A DNA stretch of 57,250 nucleotides, counting the filler, from Platydemus manokwari (Eukaryota), in the NCBI GenBank assembly GCA_037951405.1. It is 5 parts of 5 records of this genome, joined end to end, with 100 filler letters (N's around TTAATTAATTAA, not from the genome) between each part and the next. Parts side by side here need not be neighbours in the genome. Positions count along the whole stretch, not along the records: positions 18,447 to 27,333 come from JBBMOY011334539.1; positions 27,434 to 37,805 come from JBBMOY011139105.1; 3 more parts are not named here. One strand, given 5' to 3'. Position 1 is the stretch's first letter. Each line of letters begins with the position of its first letter. Below are positions 25,651 through 37,905 of the stretch, in pieces. The translations under genes and the position numbers were made by a program. The notes under the pieces were generated by a model that saw nothing but the letters and a program-made list of their open reading frames with translations, made no database searches and had not been told where the DNA came from.

Positions 25651-25824
25651 AAAACAAAAGTTTTCTCCTTAGGTAATGAGGGATTCGTCAACCTAAATCT
25701 CTCTAATCATGGGAACAATACTTCATATGCATGCCATGCGAATCTGAATTCACCCTCAAATATTAGCAGTTCTTTTCAGTGAGTTATCGAATCCCTCATT
25801 ACCTAAGGAGAAAACTTTTGTTTT
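25651..25824. repeat. Perfect 37-bp inverted repeat with 100-nt spacer
   Basis: AAAACAAAAGTTTTCTCCTTAGGTAATGAGGGATTCG (25651-25687) is the exact reverse complement of 25788-25824. Confidence 0.97.
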
Positions 25825-27333
25825 CCTACTGTAACTACAACTTTTATACTTAAAGTTACTATTTTTTTCTCTTTTCATGTCATAGATTTTGTGCTAAAAA
25901 TATATTTTTTTCAAATGGTTATTTTGTTTGATCATAATTTAAGTGATTGATTTCAACACAATATTACAGTAACAAAAGAAATATTTTCTTCCTTCTACTC
26001 CAGAGTTTGTGATGATTGTGATGGTCGCCAGGATAATCATTGACAAACTCGTAGAGCATGAGCCTCTAAATCGATACTATCATTACGTTCTGCCCATAAG
26101 TATCGGATAGAATTAGATTATTGGATGACGAAATGGAGTGTTATATAGGATCAAGAACCAAAACTAAAATATACACTTAAATAGAATGATGTTATACAAA
26201 GCATTGTGCCATAACCCAAAATACATTTGGAAGCATATCAGCACTTCAAAGATTAAAAAAGAACACTGCAATCTGTCAAAAAGATACTTTTTTAAAGATA
26301 ATTTTGAGTGCGATTACTCGATATTTAAAATTTTGAATTTTTATTTGTTGGAATCATTAGAAAACTTGTTCATGAACTCAATTGATAGATTTTCTATCTT
26401 TTATATCGACAATGTGCCATGTCTATTTCTTATGCAGGTGTATTAATCGAAAACCGGAGTCCAACCAAAGAGTGTTGATTCGGAAGCATCTGATTGGATA
26501 CTGGAATAGTATGCATTTCCTGAGAGTGTGTATACTCACGCTAGCTCATTTCAAGCCCATAATTTTAATTTGGTTTCCAACACATGTAACACATAATTTA
26601 CTATTTCACGCATTGAAACTCGAAGATTTTTCATTCGACGTTATAATAAATTGTGTCCTGTGTTTGGATCTTGCTTCAATTGAATCTTTCTTCAAAAACT
26701 ACATAGACATCGCAGAAATTTAAAGAATAACGGACTCAAAGTTTAAAGATAAAAATATTGAAGCTGTACGTCTAATTAATAAATCACCGTGATTTCATTT
26801 CTTTAAACATGAATGCGAAAATTCTATCGATTTATTGTGAAATTTGAGAAAATAAGATTTTAATTTAAAAACAAAGAACGAGATTAATCGCCTGTGTATC
26901 AATGCACGGGCATATATTGTGTGTATCTCTGTAAAATGTATGTGTGCGCGTATTGATAACCTTGAGAGAATATTACCAGAAGTGATTTCCAGAATTAAAA
27001 AAACATATTTTCAAAAGCATAAATTGATAATGAAAACAATAAATTTTATGAAAAGAAATTTTTCCAAAATTGTTTTGTAAATTTATATTTCGGTAAATTA
27101 ATACGCTGAAAATCTTGTGAATTTTGTCAAATAAATCTACAGCAAAGATGTTTGATAAAAATATCTGATCTATTTTAATGTAATCTATAAAGGCTGCTTT
27201 TTATAATTATCACTATGGTTATTATTAATCTTAGATCCAATCGTAATATTGTTCATCATGTTAATATATTGAAAAGTGTGATAAAAATTAATTATGAATA
27301 AGAGTTCGGTCATTCATCATTTATAATGTATAA

Positions 27334-27433
27334 NNNNNNNNNNNNNNNNNNNNNNNNNNNNNNNNNNNNNNNNNNNNTTAATTAATTAANNNNNNNNNNN
27401 NNNNNNNNNNNNNNNNNNNNNNNNNNNNNNNNN
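27334..27433. other. Artificial assembly linker
   Basis: 44N-TTAATTAATTAA(27378-27389)-44N. Confidence 0.97.
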
Positions 27434-27477
27434 ATTAAATTTATTCATTGAAATACAAATTTTAACTCATTTTTGTA

Positions 27478-27507
27478 AAAGCCGGAATCATACTAATACA
27501 CCTAATA
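27478..27507. mobile_element. Mariner TIR (Mos1-like) plus TA
   Basis: Reverse complement TATTAGGTGTATTAGTATGATTCCGGC resembles the Mos1-type TIR ..AGGTGTACAAGTAGGGAATGTCGG. Adjacent to a join. Confidence 0.65.
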
Positions 27508-30151
27508 TCAAATCAATAAATAATATCTGTGTAAAGGGTGTGTTGTCATGAAGCCAACGACTACTCGAACAGTTGAGAGGTTTGTGATTAATGAATGTGA
27601 GTGAGGTCGCAGATCATTTTGAAGTACAATACAATACTGATGTTAAGAAAAGATCATAAAGCTCCACGGTTGGCGGGCAGTCCATTTCATAACATCTATA
27701 ATACACATAAAATGGATTTATCTGTGCCACTTGTATCAAAATACAAGATGAGTGTTTATCGCACCGATAAATATAAATTTTATATTAGTTGATAGAATAT
27801 CAATAAAATTATTCCCAGTAACGGCTTGTTTGAATTTGCTAAGGAGATTTTAAAATTTAATTTTCTTAATTAATTGATTTGTTTGTATGAAATAAGTTTG
27901 TTTATAAATTTAAAGAGCAGGAAAAACTGATCAGGAGCACAGATTGTATTATGAATAAACCTTGTAAAAATAAGTTATCATCTCATAAATATAAAAGATA
28001 AATAAATTTATAATAATAATATTAATATTATTAACNNNNNNNNNNNNNNNNNNNNNNNNNNNNNNNNNNNNNNNNNNNNNNNNNNNNNNNNNNNNNNNNN
28101 NNNNNNNNNNNNNNNNNNNNNNNNNNNNNNNNNNNNNNNNNNNNNNNNNNNNNNNNNNNNNNNNNNNNNNNNNNNNNNNNNNNNNNNNNNNNNNNNNNNN
28201 NNNNNNNNNNNNNNNNNNNNNNNNNNNNNNNNNNNNNNNNNNNNNNNNNNNNNNNNNNNNNNNNNNNNNNNNNNNNNNNNNNNNNNNNNNNNNNNNNNNN
28301 NNNNNNNNNNNNNNNNNNNNNNNNNNNNNNNNNNNNNNNNNNNNNNNNNNNNNNNNNNNNNNNNNNNNNNNNNNNNNNNNNNNNNNNNNNNNNNNNNNNN
28401 NNNNNAAAAATAATAAAATGAAAAAATCATTATTCTAATCCTGTACCTATATAATTTTCCTTATTCTAAACCATTAAAATTCAATGAATAAACAATCATT
28501 TCATCCATAAAATCATTATTATTAATAATTACTATTAATAATATTTTCACTTCAGTAAAACAATGAAACAATTAATTGAAAACACTGTATACGTAGATAT
28601 TTGTTCGTCTTTTATTTTGCATTTATAAACATTAAAATTCAAGTCTGGTGAATATAAAACAACGGAAAATATTGGTGACATTTTCCTTCCGTCAATTCGA
28701 TTCGATTAAGGATCAATTAATTAATATATTTGTTTGATAATTATAGTGATGAATTGATTATAGTAAATATTTGAGCAGGCAGCATATTTTATGCTTCACT
28801 TTATACTGAACTTAACTCATCAAAATTGCTTTATTTCTCATCGATGTGCCTTTCGTGCCACGCAATAATTTGCTTTATAAGCTTTTAATGACAGAAAAAT
28901 AGAAGAAAACCCTTTCACGATTGCTGTTCATTCAGATTTGTTCAGTAAATATCTATACAACTCTCATCTTGAGAACAATAGCTGGCGAATTCCTAAATAT
29001 CAATTTAATAAAGTGCTTTGATAATTGAGATTCATCTATTATTTGTGGATAATTACAAATTTCATCGAGTTCAGCATGACAACGAAAATATACAAAAAAC
29101 AATAACGACATTTATCAATTAATACTGTTAAACTGCGCGTGTGTGTATGCTGGTACACTTTTTGTCGAAAGGATAATGATTATTACTTTCGTATTAAGAT
29201 ACGAAGTATTGAAATATTTTTCAAAATCACAATTATCAGTCCCCACAAAGAGGATGTTCTTGCTAATTATATTAGTCATGAAATTAAATTTTATTTACTG
29301 ATTTATGTATAATAATTTGTGTGTTTGATTTGAAACGTTCGGAAAACTCATTTGGTATTGTGAGCTGATTATTTCCCATGTTTAGAGTCGACAGTGATTG
29401 GTCTAGGTACTATTTAACTATCGGTTTATATTACAGTGATTATAGCAGAAGTTCTTGTTCAAGACTCAAATATAAGTCCAGTTAAAAATAGAATCGGTCC
29501 TATTATTAACTAAATATCTCTACTAGAATCTCCTCATTACAAAATAAAAAAATTATAAAATATTAAAATACGGTCAATTATTTTTATAAGGTCTATCTCT
29601 ATATAATTTCGTTTTAAAATGTATAACAAGATTTTACTTTTATTACAACACGATTTTACTTTCTTTTGTCTATTTTGTCGAAACGCCGAAGAGGGCTGGT
29701 TTGTTGCGTTTTATAATAATTTTTTTGGTACATACAAACTGTGTGTTACTTAACGCAAAATAAAAAATAATTTCGTTATTGCCTAGAGTGTCTTATACTT
29801 GCTGCCGTTATCTTAAATTGTTAAGAACGCAATGTTGTTCTTAATAAATAACTTTTATTTCTTTTAGGACAATATCTGTTAAAAACCGTATGGTTAATTT
29901 TTATAAGCCATGTTTACCATTGTTCATATCCAATGTTGGGTTGGTTCATTTTTCGTTCAATAGTTATTTGTCAGAAAGGAATTTCCTTAACTAACTCAGG
30001 TTTTATAAATTTTGCTTCACTCGTTTACAGTTAAGTTAAATTTCATCACAATTATAAAATAAAAATCACCGAAATAAATAAAAATAATAATAAAAGCAAA
30101 AGTAACTATAATTTTCTATTTTTGTATGGCATTATATATGCAAGTTATACA

Positions 30152-31092
30152 TGTTGAAGAGCCCACCAAATAATAATAATTTAAAAAATAATAAAATTAA
30201 ATATTAGTTTATCAAATTAAAAGTTAATAATCGGAGTAGAAATGTTTTAAGATAAAATTTAAATAAATAAAACTAAAAGAGAATAATAATCACGAAAATA
30301 AAATAATTATTTCTAAAATAAATGTTAAAATAAAATAACATTAAAAGTAAATAATAGAAGTAATTATTTAAATAAATTAGTAAAATAATAGTAAAAATAG
30401 TAAATAATCTCCGAGACCAAAGTACCAACTTAGTGGAGTTGGTGAAAAACCTTTCCTTAGGCCTGTCCGAGATATAATGAATCCGGTGAAAGTGATCCAA
30501 CCAATTTATAAATATGAAGACACCAATACAGTGGAATTGGTGGGAATTTGGCTTATGAAAATAAAATTGATTGGCTTACTCCACAGTTCTGCAAGTAAAC
30601 TAGTATAAATACGAATCCAATCCAATTGGGATTTTCTATTTCGTTTAATTTAGTGATCAGAGAAGAGAAGCCATTTCGAAGAAAAAGAGTAAAATAAACT
30701 ACTTTCAGAAAAATCGATTGAACGCAGAATATTAGAAGACATGGGAAATTGAATTAGATATTCGCGAATAGCTATTCTGATTATCAGTGAGTAGTGAATT
30801 ATTAGAATGTGTTGAGCACATATAATAATATTTATGACCACTGGTAATAATTGTGTCTTAGTAGTATCTACCCTGGTAGTACTAAGGTCAGAAGCAGATA
30901 CTCGGGCGGTATACGGACACAATCCGCTTTTGTTTCCTGATTATATATAATGGTTTGACCCTCTTGTTATTTGCATATAAAGCTAGTACATTGTATTGAA
31001 TAATAAATCTTAGTAATCAACTTGTCTCTTGGAGTTAGATTGGTTTGATCAAATACGAATATTGTAGTGATCTACACCAGATCGACACAACA
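30152..31092 (+). mobile_element. Putative solo LTR (~940 bp)
   Basis: TGTTG...CAACA termini, TATATATAA near 30943, AATAAA near 31002. Shares GATTGGTTTGATC with the reverse of 52691-52703. No TSD seen. Confidence 0.45.
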
Positions 31093-31729
31093 ATGTTAGC
31101 ATTTTTATAATTATTTAACTTTAATATCTCACAATATTAAAACAAGAAACATTTCCTATTGAGTATGTTTCAACACCAAGATATCGATCTGCAATATATC
31201 GAAGAATAATGAACGTCTCGTGTTTGTTACATTAATCAAGGAGAATCATTCATCCAAATATAACTATTACTATTTTCTCCATTAAACTTCATTACAATCT
31301 TAAAGTGAACCACCACAATTATTTGAACCTAAGGAACAAAATACTTTCCAAAATTCCAATGATTCATAGAATTGCAATATCAAATCAAGGAATCAATTGA
31401 ATCAGTAATATTGCGTTGGCCGCATCGATTACATGCTGGATAACAAGATCAGATGTATTAATAAGCTTTAGAAATATCCATTAAGAATTTATTCATCCAA
31501 AAAATTCCATAAGCCATCAGTATCGTGAATTTTACAGATGTACAAAATACTTTTACATCCCAATGGCTTGGAAGATATAAAATCTTCCTTGTTATTCTCT
31601 TCAAACATGAGCTAAAATTTCTGGGATGCCTGTGTGAGCACTTTTAAATATCTCTTCTACAAAAATTATTTGTCAAAGTGGTAAATAACGCATTATATTT
31701 ATTAAATCCTTTAAAAAAATTATAATCAT

Positions 31730-32232
31730 TGTAAGCATCTTCTATTTTATAAATCAAGCATTGAGACCCACTGGAAAGGCCGCGACACAAAATTATATTT
31801 AGATCACGATGATTTAAAAAAATTAATACATGATAAAAATCTAATTTTAAAATGCTTCCAATCTTATTCATTTTAAAGTCCTCACACCCCGCTTTATTTA
31901 AACCTGTGATCTTTGACGTATTCGAAATTAAGATGTATCGAATTCTATAAATATTTATCTAAATGAAAATTTCTATTTCTGCTCTCTGCTTTATATTTTA
32001 TTTATTTCTTTATATTTTTTTATATATTTTTATGTCATAGACCTACACTGTATCGAATCCAAATACGGGATCGCCATAAAAGCCGTTACTATGTTAAAAA
32101 ACGCGAATTGAAAACGAACTGTCAAGTCACGACTCCAAATTACATTTAAAACACAATCATCAAAAAAATTTATATTTTATAAAAATCTGATTTTAAAAAC
32201 TTTCAAGTCTAATTCATTTTTAAATCCTCGCA
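31730..32232 (-). mobile_element. TRIM-like element, copy E (structurally most complete, 503 bp)
   Basis: Minus strand: 5' LTR 32232-32077 (TGCGAGGATTTAAAAATGAATT..), PBS-like TGGCGATCCCGTATTTGGATTCGA, ~165-nt purine-rich interior, PPT AAAGCGGGG, 3' LTR 31886-31730 (TGTGAGGAC...GCTTACA). Flanks ATCAT / ATCCC match 3 of 5. Confidence 0.8.
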
Positions 32233-34890
32233 ATCCCTAAGTCGATAAATAAGCCCATGTATATACTTTTGTCATATTGTTGTTTCTTTCTTTAATCCAT
32301 ATATCCTTGTACATCTCCCCAAAAGGCTCTTCTCCAGTTGGTAATTGTGATTCTCTTTCCAATTTTGTATTTTTCGCTTTGGTTATTGGCACTCTTCACG
32401 TTGATTGATAACTATTTCCTTTAAGTTCCTTACTATACCAGAATATTGTACAATTGTTTATCGCCATCTACCAATAAAATAATTATAAACAAATTGATCA
32501 ATAAAATAATAATAATTATTATTATTATAAATAAAATACAATAATTAAATATAATTGAACCGTATGAGAAGGCAGCTAAATCGAAAACATAATAATCAAT
32601 AATCTATAACAAAAGAAAACAATGATTTTCGATATTTTATAATATGTTTTGATAATATGAAGCTCTGGCCATTGATAATTTAAAGGATTTTTAAAATTTT
32701 CGTTTGATATTGTATGTGATAAAATTAAATCAAGATTCCCAAACAATTCATTATTTAGTAATGGATATCTGCCAATATGAGAACCAAGAATGAAAATATA
32801 TCGATACACTACACCGATTTCAACGTTCGAAAAGTGGCACATTGGCTTGCTAAGAAATAAATATTTATTGATGGATCTTTCGAAGTAATTAATAATACTG
32901 ATTTATTCCGTCATAAGAAAAACGTTACAGCTTCCTCATATATTTCAATATTTCCTGTTGTAAGTCATTTGTCGTTTTATCTGAATATATATCGCATTAG
33001 AAGTTGACACGAATTGATGGATTGATGAACTGCAAAAATTACAAGATGATAAAATTATAGCCGTTCAAATGTTCATCAAAATAACCACGAAGCATCATAG
33101 GCGTTGGATTGCTTTTAAATTCAATATATTTCGCTTATTAAATTCCAATATTAGGATTATCAATTTATATTTATTTGGCTTCCTGTTGTGAATAACCATC
33201 TAGTTTGACGGATCATATGCCAAACACATTGTTGCGAGTATTTCTGCTATTTGATTTATTGATTAATAAAATTGATTATATAAATAAAATAATGATTGCA
33301 AATCAATTTAAAATATTAATATTAGTATTATTATTATTGATGTTACTATTAATAGTAATAATATACTTATGATAATAGTAACAACGATAGATTTTTTTTT
33401 AATTTTATACACTAACTAATAAGATTTATCAGTAAATTAAGCAGTTCGCGGCATAAATGTGAAAAATATTAATATTAACATTGAGTTATACTAATAATAT
33501 CTAAAACAATTAACAACTCTTATGAATTAATATATCATATCAAGTTAAAATATTTTTGCCTGTTTCCATGATTATGTTTCGTCGGGTTTCAGAAGAAGCT
33601 GTCTAAGATATTTTGTCTTCGTTTTCTCTTTCATTTTCTTCAGTAAAAAACTGGAGCAATGTTTCATCAAATCATTACGGAATTATTTAATAGAGGAGTA
33701 TCATCGATGAGATTGTCTTCATCATCATCATATATAGATGTATTCATGTGTGTGTGCGCATGTGTACTTGAATAACGACATCAGAAATAATAGAAAATAT
33801 CTCGAATATTGATTGATTTAACTAGACCTAAAGATATTCAATTATTAATGCTCCGATACAGATTTGGAATCTCTCAATTTTTAATTTTTATCTTATACTT
33901 ACCATTTTATGAACGTAACTATTCTCCTGCTTTCGACGAGTCTGTTGTCTTGTCGAGCTTATTAATAGGTCTCAAATTAAATTGAACTATAATCAATAAG
34001 GAAAATATCCATCAGTAATAATATCTAAATGTCTCCATGCCAATTCAAACAATCCAATATCTCAGTTGGAATATGCTAGACAATCTATCATACATGAACT
34101 TATGTAAAACTTAAGAAATTTTCATTTATATTACCCGGTGAGTGGTAAAGTTAGCAAACATCCGCTTCTTCATAATTTCATCCAAATCATATTTTAGATA
34201 ATTACTTTTATTCGTTACCTGTATGAATAATAGACCCCTAAATTGTATTGGCAAAATGTTTCACGTGGTTTGATTCCATCAGCATTGAAATGAATTCACT
34301 GGAATCATCTCCGAAAGATGTGAGCTTACAAGAGATATTGTCTATTCTATGGAATTAATCCAAACAATTTGATTGGATTAAATGTAATTTTATTATTCTT
34401 TCACGTACTGAAATCCAGGGTCTTTAAATCTTATAAGTTGTATAAAATCTTCAGCATAAATTATTTAGTGTTCATTAAATTTACAAGATCATTCTAATTA
34501 GTGATATTAGACGGTTATTAGTTAGTTGTATTTCAGGTTTTAATTGAGCATTGACTTTAATTTCCTATTAAAATATTTTCAAAACTATGCTACATGTGAG
34601 GATTTCGGTTTAAGTTAAGAAAGGGGGTTCTTTGATCTACTTTAATCATGATGAATTTTCGCGAATGAGGTAATTTTATAATTTTATTTTATATGTATTT
34701 TTTCAGGTGGTAATTTTATATTTATATTGTATTTTTTCTCTAAGATTTCCAAATGTCGACAAATATGAAGAAGTGAAGTTATCAGCAAATTTTATACAAT
34801 AATAAATTAGTTTAAATATTTAATTTTTTATTCGATTTTTTACAGGTTGGCGATGTTTGATTTGATATCTCAGTTAATAAAAATACTTTT

Positions 34891-35895
34891 CAGGGTGCCA
34901 AACTGGGACAGAATTTTTAAATCACGTTCCTATTCTGATCACAGCATTACTATATGATTTTTTGATTTTGTAAATTTAAATTTATCTAATTATAAATGAA
35001 CTTAGTAAGCTCGTGACATGTTAAATAGTCTAGTATTACTTGTTTTATCAGATAATTTTAAAATTTTAGTGTATCTCTCAATTTGCCTATAATGTTAAAA
35101 GTGACCCTCGATAATTTTCAATAAAATGAAATTTGACCTACTTTGACCTATTTTTTGAGTAATCAAATTTTAAGAGATTTTGAAGCTCAAGTCCATTTAA
35201 TATTTGCGATTAAGATAAGAAAAACGTTCTTTTAACCTACTTTCCTTATAATGAATTTTCAGGCATGATATAATTTCATAATTTAATTTTATATATAACA
35301 TCTATGTTTGATTTATCTTTTTAATTTATTTAATATATCACTTTTTGGGATATGGGCTAAACATAGTTTTAAAGTCAAATTCATATTCTAATCACAGCAC
35401 TTCTATATGATTATTTGAGTTTTTAAATTTAAATTTTTTAATTATAAAAACGAGTTAGTTGATTACAGATATGTTTAATAATATCATTGATTATTTTTAT
35501 AAAATAATTGTAAAAATTGAGAGTATCTCTCAATTTGCTTTTAATGTTAAAAAATGGGTCCTCGGTAATTTTCAATAAATTTCAATTCGATCTACTTTTT
35601 TATATTTTTTCAAATAATCAAATTTTAGGAAGTTTTTAAGCACTAGCCTATTTAATATTTGATTTCAAATAACTAAAATTCTTCTTAAGTACTTAAATAA
35701 AAAATTCAAAACATTTTTAACGAATATAATTAAATAAACTATATAGATTTTTGCAATACACTCAATAAATTTAAAATTTCATTTTAGGACCCATTTTCTT
35801 AACTTTAGTCAGGATTTATAATTAACTCGATTATAGTTAAAAAATTTAAATTTAAAAACTCAAATAATTATTAAAATGGTTTGTATTCAGAATTT
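34891..35895. repeat. Modular foldback-type repeat (probable DNA-transposon derivative)
   Basis: A ~290-bp unit starts at 34931 and again at 35384 (TATTCT.ATCACAGCA, GTATCTCTCAATTTGC, TAATCAAATTTTA). A partial inverted copy lies at ~35785-35895 (TTATTTGAGTTTTTAAATTTAAATTTTTTA versus its complement). Starts CAGGGTGCCAAAC. Confidence 0.7.
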
Positions 35896-37805
35896 ATATT
35901 AAAAATATTCATGTTTTTAAATAATTTGGTTAAATATACGTGTGTGCTGTAACATTTTGATTGGATTACACTACGTGCTTTATAAAATAGTAAGGTTTAC
36001 ACTGCTTATATACATATTGTTTTCTTAATCATTATTCTTGGAATAACTTTTCTGAATAATTCAAACAACCATCATTCCATTAAAATATTAGATAATAAAA
36101 GCAATTAATCGATTTTATTACCGATAATCATTATTCCGTTTGTCATAATATTTCATTGAAACAAGAATAAATTAATTCAATCCTCATAATGCTCCAAGGA
36201 ATAAAGCAATTCTCAAAACATTTATCTTGACCAAATAAAAATGCTGTATTGAAAATTATTATTCAAGACTGATCTGCGAGAAATGAAGAGAGATATCGAT
36301 TAAAAAGTGATTTTCAATGGTTAACATTTATGAGATAATAAAATTTATTGAATCCTATCAAAACAAAAGTGATAAAATTTTATGAGCAAATTATTTCGCT
36401 TTCAGTGATAATTTTTTAAGCACCAAACTGGTTTTCTTAAACGATTAAGAATAATTAGTTAATAAATTTTACNNNNNNNNNNNNNNNNNNNNNNNNNNNN
36501 NNNNNNNNNNNNNNNNNNNNNNNNNNNNNNNNNNNNNNNNNNNNNNNNNNNNNNNNNNNNNNNNNNNNNNNNNNNNNNNNNNNNNNNNNNNNNNNNNNNN
36601 NNNNNNNNNNNNNNNNNAAAACAGAATTCTTTAAAGATAAATTATTACAATTTATTATCGATTTTTCCATTAGTTAAATTATTAATTTATATAAAATTTT
36701 ATTTGTTGAACGTCAACGGTAAATGAATGACCAAATTGCATGCCAAAAATATAGTAAATCCAATAAAATAATAATTTTTCATCGAATGATCAAAGTAAAA
36801 TCAATCTCAAATTTCTATGACAATAAAAATCTCATCACGAAATCTTCCTCTCAATCATGGAATGACAAAAGAGAAATATTTTAATTCCATTAAAACGAAA
36901 TTCTTTTTTTGGGAAATATAATTTTATCATTTACGTACACCATTGACCGATTGATTTGTTTCAGTAAAATATCACCCTAATGAATTGATTTGTGTTCGAT
37001 GTTAATTGGATTACTATAATAGCTTTTTCTCATTACAGTCGACACCATATGGCCTCTAGTTGGGAATTATTATTTTTATTGTCATTTTTGTTTTAATTAA
37101 TAGTTCAATTTGAATAATATTTATTTGGTTTGGTTTGTTTTGATATTTATTCGAATTGGATTGAAATGAAAATAAATTATTATATCGCGAGAAATATTAT
37201 TTGTAATAAATCGATCATCTGTGTTATTCATGTTATTAATTTATTAATTTATAAGTTTTACTATGCTTAGCTTATTATGGGGACCTGTTCGGAAATATTT
37301 GTGATTGTTCCTATATAACTTCCGATACTGTTTCTTTCTTTTCATACCAAATAAATTATTAATCATTAAATTAATTAATTAATTAAATCATTATAATTAT
37401 TTTCGTGGTAATTATTATTTCATCAGTTTATTGTCGAAACGATGCAAGACATGCTCCAAAATGATATCTGGTTTGTTTATTTGGTGTGAGTGAGTTATTT
37501 TATCAATATATGAGCCTTTCAGTTTGTGAGCAAAATTTAAAGTAACTAATAATAATTTTAAATAATAATTTTAATATAAATTTTTAATTAGAATTTAAAA
37601 TAATTTAATAAATTTTAAAATAAAAATTGTATTTTAAAATTTCATTGTATTATTTAATATAAGATTTGTTTAAATGATATAAATATTTTTATCAATCCCT
37701 GATTTAGATTGATAATGAAATCTCTCTAGAAAATGCAAAATGACTTCTAGAATCAAAGCTTTAAGACCCAAGCAGGTCACAATCAATCCAATATTCCAAC
37801 AAATT

Positions 37806-37905
37806 NNNNNNNNNNNNNNNNNNNNNNNNNNNNNNNNNNNNNNNNNNNNTTAATTAATTAANNNNNNNNNNNNNNNNNNNNNNNNNNNNNNNNNNNNNNN
37901 NNNNN
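37806..37905. other. Artificial assembly linker
   Basis: 44N-TTAATTAATTAA(37850-37861)-44N. Confidence 0.97.

Noticed and set aside
34505-34520. TTAGACGG similarity to the planarian spliced leader
   Set aside because: Only ~9 nt match; no remainder of the leader, donor site or Sm site.
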